From Octopus vulgaris (taxonomy: Eukaryota), in the NCBI GenBank assembly GCA_951406725.2, contig OX597815.1, positions 182,838,001-182,902,000 of the forward strand: 64,000 nucleotides of DNA. The letters are read 5' to 3'. How positions within the stretch are numbered: the first letter of the stretch is position 1; the number at the start of each line of letters is the position of its first letter. A program made the position numbers and the translations under genes. Under the pieces are notes generated by a model. That model saw only the letters and a list, made by a program, of their open reading frames with translations, ran no database searches and had not been told where the DNA came from. Below are positions 51,128-64,000 of this stretch, one piece after another.

Positions 51128-51705
51128 TGTGTGGTGTGTGTGTATGAGTGTGTCTATGTGTGGTGTGTGTGTCTATGAGAATGTTTATGTGTGTGTCTGT
51201 GTGTGTGGGTGTGTGAGTGTGTGAGTGTGTCTGTGTGTCTGTGTGTGCGTGTCTGTGTGTTTATGTCTGTGTGACTGTGTGCGTGTGTAAGGACACTTCA
51301 TCGCAATCGATCGAGTTACACTGAACGACGAAATGGCATAATAGCAAAACAGTTGCCTCAGAAGGTATGTATACATATATACATATTTTGTATTCGATGT
51401 ATTTAGTATATTTAGTATATTTGATGTGTCTAATTTATTTATCCGTATAATTATCCGTTCAACCTGGTCTCTCTTCTAGCCTTTCTTTACTTTGTGGAAG
51501 GATTTCCTGTAGAGGGCGATATATAGAAAACACTTGCTAACGCTATTTCACCAAGGACCAAGCGAGCGGGGCAAAGAGTGGCAACGAGGGGAATGCATGT
51601 GAGCAGACAATAATTGAAATAAACAGATAAAACTCTGAGTTTTAACGTACAAAACATATATATATATACATAGAAAAAGAGAAAAGATACTCAAAATACT
51701 CAAAT

Positions 51706-51817
<112 letters not shown>

Positions 51818-51974
51818 GTATATGTATATGTCTATATACATATATATATATATTCTTGATTATTTATCATCTAAAAATTTTGAGTTTCATCCTCTTTTTA
51901 CATGTATGTATATATATATATTGTGCATTAAAACCCAAGATTTAATTGCCTTTCTTTCTCTCTTTGCCTGTTTG

Positions 51975-52037
<63 letters not shown>

Positions 52038-52050
52038 TTCTCTGTGTGTG

Positions 52051-52109
<59 letters not shown>

Positions 52110-52912
52110 ACTATTAAATGTTGAGAATGATAGATGCTAAAATTAGTAACTTGGCTCAACCTTTTAGAATTATGAATATTTAATTTCAAAAGTTAAAAAA
52201 ATCAACCAATTAGGCAAGAAAATAAACACAATTTTGTAAGATATTACTATCTATAATTGCGGCCTATTAGACCACGTTCAATTAGTTTACTCATAAAAAC
52301 ATCTCTTTAAATATAAAACATTTTGTTTTTACAACTTTTACTTAAATGCTATTTTGTACTTATAAGAATAACGGATGTTTTGTGAAAGATATTAACGTTG
52401 CAGACAATAAATCGTAAATGCTGAAAACTTTAGATGTTAAAACAATTTTTCTGAATAGTTATACTGCATCAGCAGTAACATTAATCGCTTGATCGTAATA
52501 GAATTGGACAACGTAATTTTATTTTAAATAGCGTCAAAGATATTTTAGAAATATTCTCAATGTAAGCAGCCTAAATATAGATACATAATTTTAAAAAGGA
52601 AATAAAATGAAAGGAAATTATAAAACAATTCGTTTTTATATCTCACTTATCCGTTCCAGGGAACTGACTTGAAGATACAATAGAGCAGCCAAGGCGAGAA
52701 ATAATAATAATAATTATTATTATTATTATTAGGTTGTTTGGTTTTTAAAATTCCAAAGAAAAGACTTACACCACACTAAATTCCGCTTTATATTTCAGAC
52801 CTTCGGGTAGGCCACAATAATCATATAATAAATCGAATCGTTTCCAGTACACTGCGCTTTACTCTGTCATTGTTATTGAGTTTGTATGTAAGTATACCTG
52901 CGTGTCAGTCTG

Positions 52913-52959
<47 letters not shown>

Positions 52960-52963
<4 letters not shown>

Positions 52964-53166
52964 AACACATGAGATGGCCATAATAGGACATCTGACTCAC
53001 TAGAAAGAGCAGTTAAACTCCAAACTCTTTCTAGTCAGTCAGATGTCCTATTATGGTCATCTCTTATGTGTTTAAATGTATATTATATAGTCTATTGACT
53101 ATTTTATCCTTCTCGTTAGACCACTGGTAGCGGAGAAGTTTTCTAGAGTTTTTTTGCTACCCTAAA

Positions 53167-53176
<10 letters not shown>
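52960..53176. repeat. (TA)n-embedded element with a ~50-bp-arm inverted duplication; inverse single copy at 57570-57757
   Basis: tttaaacacatgagatggccataataggacatctgactcactagaaagag ... ctctttctagtcagtcagatgtcctattatggtcatctcttatgtgtttaaa. Confidence 0.85.
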
Positions 53177-53204
<28 letters not shown>

Positions 53205-53230
53205 ACAAGTATATACACACACACACACAC

Positions 53231-53287
<57 letters not shown>

Positions 53288-55196
53288 AACGTATTTTCAG
53301 ATTACACACACATACACACATGTATGTCGGATTAAGTATATTCCTTGATAAAAGTCTCTCTGATGCGCTTTCACAGTTTCAATCTCCTGAATTTCACTGA
53401 AACTGTTTTGTTTTATTTCTGGATCCCATCTGTGTTTTGGATTGAGCACCTATAACTGGAAGTGATCTCCAAATATCTACGTTATGTCTTGCAATAAACC
53501 ATTAGCAAAATCATCTTAATTCATGCATTCACCTTTTTCTTCCTAATTTCAGTTTACGTTGTGCGTTGCTTTTTGGTTTATCATTTAGTTAGTTAGTTAG
53601 TTAATTTGGCTCAAAAGCATTTCCTGCAAACTAATGGCAGATTGGATCTTGAGTCAGGACATCCAGAGCAATCCACATGAGTACTGAGTATATAATATTT
53701 ATATTTGTTTAGTACTGTGTTTAATCATCTTCGTGCCTATGACCAAAGACATTCAAGCTGTGACCATTTCATACACTATTTTTGAATGCTGTATGATACG
53801 TAAAATTTCATTATGCAAATATGACGTTACTTTTTAAGATGCAATATTATTTGAAAGAGAATCAGAAGATATTTCTAGCAGGTTTACTGATTCTTTAGAA
53901 GCTATCTAGTTAGCTTTATAATTATGTAGACTATATTAGTGTCATTTTCCATTGTTTTCTCATCTACTATTTCACTGCGTATTTGTAAAAAATAATTTTT
54001 TAATATCTCATCTTGAGGAGTTGCTGCCGTCACTCATCCAAGTCTCATTCAGAACATAACACTGCAGGATGTTATCTGACACAGGAACAGTCGTAGAGCA
54101 AATACACTCACATTCCGCATTGGTTAGCTCTACACATTACTGTTGTATTACAAAAGTAATGCAACAATGAAAAGGAAGTAAATTTTATGCACTCTATGAT
54201 CAATGAAGAATTTCTTAAATGAATACAAAAGTATTCATTGGAAATTTTAAAATATAGATAAATTTTTATAACGTGTAACTTTATATATCAGCAACTTTAA
54301 GTGTCTTCAGTTTCATTTATCACTTCTGAAAGTTAGTTCAGAAATTATGATCTAATCTTTTATCCACGATTTTCAACAATGATACTTTGAAATAGATTTC
54401 TAATGTTCAGGAAAACCACTTAAGTAGTCTTTTTATTTTTATTTTCATTTGTTTCTTCGGCTTCTGTCTTTTTTGCTTCTTTCTGTATCCCAATTCCATC
54501 TCAAGTATCGTGCTGAACAAGTCATTTATTTATTTATTTTTAAATTGTTTCCCTTCAATACCATAATATCGTTTCCTTAAGAAAACTGCTTCTCAATAGA
54601 CTTATTGTTATGAAATGTAGGTTTCTGTAACGCTATCAAATCTCGACCACATAGCTATACAAAATATTTTTTTCTGTGTAAATGTTACAGGTAAATTTGT
54701 TCTGTATTAATAGCAACAGTAAATAAAGTACACACGCAAAGAAAAATCTGACGTGTAAACATTCAGCAGATTCGTTTTTTCTTTTTTTTTTTTTTTTTTC
54801 GAAATCCAGTGATAGATTTGATCTATCATTCTGCTATAGCTCCTTTTTTCTTTTTTTTCTTCTTTTTTTTGTTTCTTTTTAAATGCATAAATCCTCTTCA
54901 AACGGTCTGCAGAGCTCTGAGATTTTTCATCGAGTTAATACAGGCTGGTTTCTTTTATAAATTTGTGTGATTATCAGTAATTGCCAGTATGTCAACGTTA
55001 CGTATTTAGATGTGATTCAAATATAACAAGATTATGATACGAGCAGCATTTGATGCTGGCATGCAATAAAGATATTTGATTTTATTTTCAATCTGAATGC
55101 ATATACATAACTGTCTCAAATATAGTAACAATAAAGAACGAAAATAAAAAAAATATCTTCGAAGATTAATATTTTGTAAAAGTGAAACTGTGGTCT

Positions 55197-55491
55197 GTTT
55201 GTTCCTTCTCGAGCTATGCCTGGCTCATAAGGGCCGGTTTCCCGGTCTCCGTGGCGTATAGGTTCCCCACCTGGATGGGACGCCGGTCCGTCGCAGGTGA
55301 GCTGCAAGAGGAAAGAGTGAGGGAAAGTTGTAGCGAAAGAGTCAGCAGAAGTTCGCCATTACCTTCTGTCGGAGCCGCGTGGAGCTTAGGTGTTTCGCTC
55401 ATAAACACACACATCGCTCGGTCTGAGATTCGAGCCCGCGATCTCCCGACCGCGAGTCCGCTGCTCTAACCGCTAGGCCATGTGCCTCCAC
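55197..55491 (-). mobile_element. SINE family C (tRNA-Arg-like head) with 12-bp TSD
   Basis: Minus-strand head gtggaggcacatggcctagcggttagagcagcggacTCGcggtcgggagatcgcgggctcgaatc. TSD aaactgtggtct at 55185-55196 and 55492-55503. Confidence 0.88.
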
Positions 55492-56025
55492 AAACTGTGG
55501 TCTTAATATATTTAAGAGTATTTTGCCAGTATCAGTTGGTGTCGTTATTATTGATATTATTTTTGTTGTTTTCACCTAAGTGGATTCTTATCGAACACAG
55601 CAACATCCAAAGACTCCGACTATACCGCGCAATCTTTGGTCGCTGGCTATAGATGCGCTTCAATGTGACCAGCACCGAGTATCCAAAATGAGTGTATAGA
55701 TAATTGAACATATCAAATTGCTTTTATTTATCTAAACTGTACTGCATAGAAATGATGGAAAGGAGTTTCATTTATTTATTGTTTTCATTTTGGTTCACCA
55801 TTAAGCACTAGCCAATTGAAAGCAACAAGAAGAACCATGTGCTTTCCGAACAGTAAAATGAAACACTTCGATCATGGCAACATGGAAACTCTATCATTAA
55901 TATTTTCCCTAAGTAGCACAAAAGAAAAGAATTTTGAGCATGGCATGTATAGTTAAAAACGATGAGTAGAATTATGTGACTGATATATAAAATTGCTGGC
56001 CTTAAAATGATATTAAAATGAGACA

Positions 56026-56303
56026 TCTTTATATATAAAAGTGAAGTTGTGTGTCTGTCTTCTACGATTTAGATTCCTAATTACTCCCACATTTTGCGGT
56101 GCAGTTTAACCAAAAGTGGGTATCTTATAGTCGTGATTCATCTCGAGCCCTTCTGAGTCTACGATTTAAAAAAAAAATTACCATCATTTTTGCCCATTTT
56201 TAATGCATTTTTTTTTGCTATTATATAAGGGAAGTAACTCTCTAAAAATGCTTATATAGTTATTTCCCTTACAAACCCGAGCAACGCCGGGCGATACTGC
56301 TAG
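56026..56303 (+). mobile_element. Non-autonomous Helitron
   Basis: A|TC 5' end, subterminal hairpin cccg-agcaacgc-cggg, CTAG|T 3' end, no TSD. Confidence 0.82.
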
Positions 56304-57959
56304 TGAAAGATAAAAGAGTAAATTACTAGCAGTAGGGAACTAATAAATCAAGCTTTTGATTATCAGAAATAAAGTAACACATTAGTTTAGTGTGTCTAAT
56401 CTAAATTTACTAACTAAAATTAATTATCATCTCGTTGCGTCCATTGTTTGATACAATTTCAGAAATACAAGCTAAAAGACCTTCTTAATTATATTTTATT
56501 CATTATGTCTGATTTGATACCCTCCATTCATTGCATCTATCTACGTATTGATCGACTGCATACCCCGTTCATGGGATAGGAACCTTAAATATTTTATCCT
56601 TCATGCCAATAATCTATCGACTAGACTAGCTGCGATTCTTGAAAGATTTAGTAGCAGAAATAAACAAAATAACAAATATCGTCTATGGTTTACTGATTTA
56701 CGATTGTAAATGTCACCTCCACAGTTGCAAAACTCTTCAACGGGTTTCAAATGGCGTCACGAATTTCCTGTTCTTCCAATATACATCAAGACTATTTGTA
56801 ACTGGTTATCTTTGACTCGACAACTTCCCCTGGTAATTGATGCTTGTCATTATATATTCTGAACAAGAAAACTTTCTGCGTTATACATTGCAAATAACTT
56901 ATGTTATCGGCATCTAGTTCATGACCAGTAAACTTTAAAGATTTTCTCTTTCCTCCATTTAACGTTCCTTGTCACTATTTCATACCTAACGCTATCGCCA
57001 AAAGAACATTCGCAATGTATTACGTAGAGACACAACGCACATAAATAGGTATATACACATTAAAATTATTACATTATTACATACACATGTACATAAGTAG
57101 GAATAGCTTCATAACATACGTAATTCACACACATTCTTTTATTCTTATTTTTTATGTTTCAACGGATAGGATGTAACCAAGCTGGGCTGCCATATACATA
57201 AATATGTGTATGTATGTATGTATGTATGTATGTATTTATCTCTCTCTATATATATATATAGATATGTGTGTGTGTGTGAGTGTGTGTGTATGTATGTATA
57301 TATGTATGTATATATGTATATGTATGTATGTATGTATGTATATGTGTATGTATGTATGTATTATATATGTGTGTGTGTGTGTGGTATATTTTAAAGACTG
57401 ATATGCTTTGAACTGTGGCAGAATATATGTAGTAAAAATTGTTGAACTTATCTGAAATTCTCCTTAGCATTTATATATACCTTTGCATCTCGGGTCCTTT
57501 ATCTGACCACTTCTGAGTAGTAGCTATACTATAAACAAACTTTACGATATATATATATATATATATATATAATAAATCTTAGGGTAGCAAAAACATTTAG
57601 AAAACTTCTTTGCTACCAGTGGTCTAGCGAGAAGAAAAAGCTAGTCAATATACTATATATTATTCATATAAAATTACAGTGTACATTTAAACACATAAGA
57701 GATGACCATAACAGAACATCTGACTTGCTAGAAAGAGTAGTTAAACTACAAACCACTAATAGTTGTAATTTTGAAATGGATTGAAAAATTAAAACATTTA
57801 CCCTATATTTCCTGGACTATGCATAGTTTCAAGCAATCTTTTGTAAGTAAAATAATTTACAATTGGCGAAGCTCTCTTCAGCAGGAAGCCAAGGCTAACA
57901 TATAAATACGAGGCAATAAAGAATATGCCTCGTGTTTATATGTTATAATTTTACAAAAA

Positions 57960-58259
57960 CCACCGCGCACGCGCAGATTTTCGGCGGCAAAAATACATAT
58001 CCTTTTGTGAGACTCAGCAGTTTTCTTGCCTGTACGGAAATAAAAAAGCAAAATATGGCGAAAATGTTCATTTCTGCATTCCATGTTAAAATTGACACTG
58101 AACTAGCAGCTGTAAACAAAATTACGCGCAATTTGCTCCTAAAGCTAAAGGTAACAACTATCAAATATCAAAACGAAAAAAAATCATAACATTGACAAAA
58201 GTCATTAAAAAAACCGTAACTCTATTTGCGAAAAACGAAATTACTTTGTTCCCTCTCAA

Positions 58260-58260
<1 letters not shown>
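57960..58260 (-). mobile_element. Mariner 5' relic (mellifera-subfamily-like)
   Basis: MECRNEHFRHILLFYFRTGKK resembles the EHFRHILLFYFRKGKNA start of Famar1/Ammar1 transposases. A TIR-like end is present near 58235-58260. Confidence 0.7.
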
Positions 58261-58319
<59 letters not shown>

Positions 58320-58786
58320 CATACATACATACATACATACATACATACATACATACATACATACATACATACATACATACATACATACACACACAGACAC
58401 ATATGAAAATATATATGTGTGTGCTGTATGTATATATAATACATTGAAAAAAGTGATAATCCAAGAGAAAAAGATAGATGGAGAGGAAGAAATCAAATGG
58501 TAGATGTAAAAAATAATGGGCAAGCAACAAAGTGAGCTGTTCGCCTACAGTGACGCATAGAGTGCGGTGTCCATTCTATTGTCACAACATCTAACAGTCA
58601 AAAGACATACTGTACCAAATTATATAAACTAATATCCACAGCATGAACAATTCACAGCAGCAAACTGTTCACAACTCGGTTCTTATTTATATCCTATAAA
58701 AATATACACATATATGCGGTGCATATGTGAGCGTACGTATATTTATATATGTTATATATATTAAGTATAAATACACACACATACAC

Positions 58787-58876
<90 letters not shown>

Positions 58877-59121
58877 CTCTTTTACTTGTTTCAGTCATTT
58901 GACTGCGGCCATGCTGGAGCACTGCGTTTAGTCGAGCAAATCGACTAACACAGACACATACACACATACATAAACATATATACGACGGGCTTCTTTCAGT
59001 TTCCGTCTACCAAATCCACTCACAAGGCTTTGGTCGGCCCGAGGCTATAGAAGAAAACACTTGCCCAAGGTGCCACGCAGTGGGACTGAACCTAGAACCA
59101 TGTGATTAGTAAGCAAGCTAC
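58877..59121 (-). mobile_element. SINE family B with internal deletion
   Basis: The tail joins the 5' half directly; the middle segment is missing. Confidence 0.85.
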
Positions 59122-59271
59122 ATACAATGAGGCAACATTTCAACGTTGCAGGGGTATTTGAATGCTCTTAAAAGTGTTTCATTATAAGGTACAACCCATT
59201 TGTTGTTTGTTTTTCCATTTTTATGCGTTCCAACTCCTCCCATTGAAACTGATCTTCGTGTATAAAGAGAG

Positions 59272-59327
<56 letters not shown>

Positions 59328-60694
59328 TTTTTCTGCCTTTTGGATTAAGATGATAAAGATTGATATTTTATTTTAAATAGAATAGTAATTTTCTCCTTTA
59401 ACAAAAACAAAAATCAAGTACTCGTGATTCAAAAATATCTCATAAAAATATAGGGAGAATGTCTATCCTTCAAGTCACGGCACTCCGAAAGTTGTATAAA
59501 TGATCAAGGTGAAAAAGAAAATAAGAAAAAAGGACGGATGACGGTAGCTTCCACGACTCTTTGACGTGTCGACATTTTCAACTTGATTTTTTTTTCTGAA
59601 AGGGGGAAATGGCTATTTTATTTGTAATCTGTATCATCTTAATCAAATGGCAGAAAAACAGACAGTCTAATATAGACAGATATGGTGGAGTTCACCACAT
59701 GCTATAACGGAAACAGCTGTAAGCTCATGACGTTCATTATAAAATATTTGGCTTTTCTCCGGTGACATTGATTTGTATTTGTTACCACTCAATACTCATA
59801 CAACATTGTCTTTTGTATCATACGTATATTGATTTCAACTCTAAGTTATTAATCTTGCTATGCCTAAGCGAAATATATATTTACATATATTCTCCCTATA
59901 TATATATACATACATATTTACATTCATACATATGCTACCACATATTTTATACGTGAGTATTTTTGTACAGAGCGCTTGTTTCTCTTCTTCACTGTCTCTG
60001 CACTTATTTCCCTCTGTTACACACTCGGCTTCCTCTCTCTTACTCTCCGTTTATCTCTCCCAATTTCAATAGGTATATAATTTTTCTGTGACATGTAAAC
60101 TGTATTTCTTTTATCGGCATAAGATTATAGGTTATTTCCTTAGCATAGCAAAATTGATTATAACTACCTAAATCTTCTCACATAAAGTGCACTCTATATT
60201 TGTATTTCCAGAATAACAAAATAGCAAACCCCGATGACACGTTCGCTAAGAGAAAGAAAAAACTACGAATCAAGTTATAAGGAAATTAACTGATATGGCA
60301 ATTTAGATTTTCAACATAAAATGATTTTAGATAATATAAGCATCAGTCATGTGCAGAACACAGTAACACGCCCACAAATGTATGTGAAATTTTTTTCAGT
60401 GAGCGATTGAATAAATGACTGAAACAAACTTTAGTGGGTTTTTTTCATATCATTATAACCGATTGTAAATCTTTTTCTTTTTGCTTCTTACCTTAACTAT
60501 ACACTTTCAATATTTTACTTATTTCAATGACTATTCTATGTGTATGAAAGTATGTAATAATTTGATGTCTCTTGAAAATATATAGAAGTGGAGATCATTA
60601 TTATATTACAGTTTGGTAGAGAATCGATGAAGATTCTCTCATGTGGTGTATTTTTACTTCTGTTTTTATAAGTTGCTCTTGAGCGCTACTAGTA

Positions 60695-61235
60695 ATATGT
60701 AACCCAGTACAACCTGTCGCATGGCTGGGTCGTCGGTGACTAAACTGGCAACCCCATTAAGCTTGCTTGGTGAGGAGGGTGAATGTTGGGCACCGTGCGA
60801 GACGAAAAATAAGACCCGTCAATGGGCGGAAGAACTACTGTGCAGTCAACGGCCAATTCAACAAGTACCTTGTCGCGGCGAAGTGCCTGTGTGCTCCATT
60901 GACCCGGAGGGTCAGAGAGAAATCTTCAGGCAGGTCTTACCAGGCCAGACAGGTCGAAATGTAGGAGACAGATAAAACCTTGACAATAAATCGAAGCGTC
61001 GACAGCAGGGCGTGTATTTAGTTATCGGCAGGGCCTAACAGATCCGATTCCTGGCTTTGAACTACCAGAATGTCATGAAGAGAATCTTGAATATAAGACA
61101 ATGGATGAGACCCTAATATTTCTAGTTAGATGGAAACTGTGGAACCACATAGAGCAGCGCTCTGTGACTCCTATAGTATGCGCAACCGAAACCCCTACGG
61201 GCGTCCTATTGGACGCCCTACATGAGATGAGTTCA
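60695..61235 (+). mobile_element. GC-richer non-coding block, possibly a non-autonomous RTE-derived element
   Basis: Composition shift, an aaactggcaacccc motif reminiscent of RTE 5' UTRs, a hairpin gggcgtcc-tatt-ggacgccc and a short tgagatgag end. No convincing ORF. Confidence 0.4.
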
Positions 61236-62123
61236 AATGCTACTGTTACGGTTAGATCGGCGATGAAGAAAAAAGATATAAATTTTAAAATTGAGCAAAT
61301 ATGAGTTTATTATATAGTTAATGAGGACACCGTTTACATGATCTCTCGCATTGTTTTACCGGGAAAATAGAGTAGAATACTAACCCCAATGGATTTCAAG
61401 TCAGAACAAATGAAAAAGTTAATGAAATTATATACTATAACATATTTAGTCGGTTCTTCCTACTTTAATCAACCCAACACACGCTCATTCATTTATTCCA
61501 TAATTTCCCAAAGGCCACAACAGACGTATATCAACAGAAATATTTTGCATAAGAATCAAGATCAAATAGTGATATTAATTTCTAGGAATCTTCTTCGTCT
61601 TCTAACGTTACATCATTTAATATTCGATGAAAGAAAAAAAGCATCTAGTTTACTTCATATTTCAAATGGTGTTGATCATCTTAAATTTAGATTATCGATT
61701 AAATAAATTGCTGACGTCTACATAAATATCAAGAAAGATGATAACATTTAAAGTTATTAGACGCATGTAAAATCTCATTACTTAAATTTGGAAAAGTTTT
61801 CACCGTTTTGTCATTTTTGTTTCTTCTAATATTTGTGGAAAGAATATAACCATTAATTTTATTTTCTATAGATAAAAGTATGTTCATCACAAGCTATTGA
61901 CAAGAATATTAACAATACCACGAAATTTAAAGGCATGTAACAAGTAAAAGCCTTGAGGTGACTGGGTGGGGAAACTATCAGCGCATGGTACTGTAATTCT
62001 AGCAATATCGTTGCCAATCCATACGGATAAAATTTCATTTATTTCCTAAACAAGAGAAATCTACTTACAACACCACTACATAGGTAAGTGAAGGGCAAAT
62101 CAACTATATTTTCGACACACAAG

Positions 62124-62342
62124 AAGGCGGCGAGCTAGCAGAAACGTTAGCACGCCGGGCGAAATGCGTAGCCGTATTTCGTCTGGCGTTACGTTCTGTG
62201 TTCAAATTCCGCCGAGGTCGACTTTGCCTTTCATCCTTTCGGGGTCGATAAATTAAGTGCCAGTTAGGCACTGGGGTCGATGTAATCGACTTAATCCGTT
62301 TGTCCCCTCTGTGTTTAGCCCCTTGTGGGTAGTAAAGAAATA
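62124..62342 (+). mobile_element. SINE family A, full length
   Basis: Head, core and tail as in the other copies. Confidence 0.92.
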
Positions 62343-62744
62343 TATATTTTCATACACACATACATACTCTGTGTGTGTGTGTGTGTGTGTATGTGTGTGT
62401 ATGTGTGTGTATGTGTCTATTATATACATTCATACTCATACAAGTAAAGAAAAAGGGAGATAGATAAGCAAAAATGTAACATACGTGTGTACACTCGTTT
62501 GAATAAACAAACGGGAGGCAGATTACCTAATACATGTGATAGAGCATAACTATTGGAACGCAATGATTCAGCGACAATAAGATAAATGTAACGGCTGTAA
62601 AATGGTAAGCAACACACTGTTAGGTTCTATTAATGAAGTTTGTTTCGATAATGTTTTTCAGAATAGTACGATGAGTACAGCAGCATAATCTTGTAGACGG
62701 TTGGAGAAATGTGTACGCGATAGATATTGTCCGTTTATACTATA

Positions 62745-63115
62745 CTAACGTTGCTCAGGTTTGTTTCGACCCTTTAGAATTGGAATTTTTGAAAAGTAAA
62801 AAATTTGCATTATGTAGCTTGTTATTCTTTTTAAGTGAACATTTTTGTTGTTGAAATACGCAGCAGTCAAAAAATCGTAAAAAATAGGGATTTTCATAGA
62901 AAAAAAGCACTTTTTTTATGTAAATACTTTTTGGTGTTAACATGGTCTGATTTGAATTTTTTCTTCTACGAAATGAAGAGCAGGCCTTCTTCTATCATAC
63001 TCTCAATTTTGGTCAACTTGCGCCGCAGGGTCTCGGAGGAGATAGTGTTAGTTGAAGGCTGCCAAACCTGCCACACACACACACACAGACAACTTCAGCT
63101 TCATATAGAGAGAGA
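62745..63115 (-). mobile_element. Helitron-type element related to 56026-56303, 3' hairpin partly deleted
   Basis: The minus strand starts A|TCtctctatatgaagctgaagttgtctgtgtg (cf. TCtttatatataaaagtgaagttgtgtgt) and ends aaacctgagcaacg-ttag|t. Confidence 0.68.
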
Positions 63116-63354
63116 TTGATATAACTGATTACTGATTATCAGTGGTCAGTAGAACTACTGCTTTGCTTATACCGGTTACATTGCTAAGATGCAAGTATGA
63201 TGTTTTGGCTGATGTTTTTAAGTGTATAAAATAAATAATTACCTCCAGTCCTCAGTTTTCATTATCATTCCAAGATAATCAAACATGGAGGATCTCGGAG
63301 CTACGGCAGAGTGAATCATTAACATCTAACCAATATGCGAGCATACATATATGT

Positions 63355-63417
<63 letters not shown>

Positions 63418-63425
<8 letters not shown>

Positions 63426-63525
63426 ATTTTCCCCCTCCCAAAAAGCCATCTCTATTCATTTTTCCATATATATATATGGAAAAATGAATAGAGATGGCTT
63501 TTTGGGAGAGGGATAATTTTTATTT
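63418..63525. repeat. Palindrome centred on a short (TA)n run
   Basis: ccaaaaagccatctctattcatttttcca-tatatatata-tggaaaaatgaatagagatggctttttgg. Confidence 0.92.
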
Positions 63526-64000
63526 TAATCTTAATAATAATGTTTACTGTGAGTTACTCTGATATGAGTTTCAAATCATTTAAATTCTTCCTCGGGAGAA
63601 GGAGCTGGTTTCTAACAAACATACAAAGCTCCATATTTGGAGTGTCAATAAAGAAAACAATGTCACATTTTAAACCAGGGAATAGTTTTACATAGTTTTA
63701 CTGTTCCGCTTACAGATGCTTTTATAATGTGCGAATCGGTTGATTTCTTTTTCTGAAAGTCCAAGTTAGTCCAGACTAAAAGTTAGGCATTTACTTACAA
63801 TACTAAGTGCTTCAATTATTATTGATATAGATATAAGTTTGTATCCCGAATACAGAAGCTCAAGGTTTAGAAGAAGTTATCGTCTTTCCCTTTGATTTCC
63901 AAACAGATATCCACATCAACAGGGCATTTGACCTCTATGACGGTACATACTTTTTCTAGTCTGCACCAAACAAAAATATCCAGCCTGTTATGTTGAAAGT

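Overview
AT-rich, microsatellite-dense eukaryotic DNA, most likely from an octopus (inferred from the SINE families and the (TA)n/(CA)n/(TACA)n/(GATA)n load). The only host gene I can support is an intronless invertebrate-type dopamine receptor (Dop1R2/INDR-like GPCR, 53..1348). The other ~62 kb is transposon-derived: a full-length frameshifted irritans-type mariner, a near-intact GC-rich CR1-like LINE (23.3-27.9 kb), R4/Dong-like RLE retrotransposon relics next to microsatellites, Penelope-like relics, three tRNA-derived SINE families, two Helitron-type elements and a MITE. The most notable signal is a set of about a dozen minimal type-I hammerhead-ribozyme-like motifs of several sequence types, found by eye and untested. 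They sit in short, mostly (TA)n-embedded elements, some carrying an inverted copy at the 5' side. The best cases are a ~148-bp-arm inverted repeat with a canonical hammerhead core on both strands (36.7-37.1 kb) and a tRNA-headed SINE with a hammerhead (34.0-34.9 kb). Most small ORFs in the track are microsatellite or antisense artefacts.
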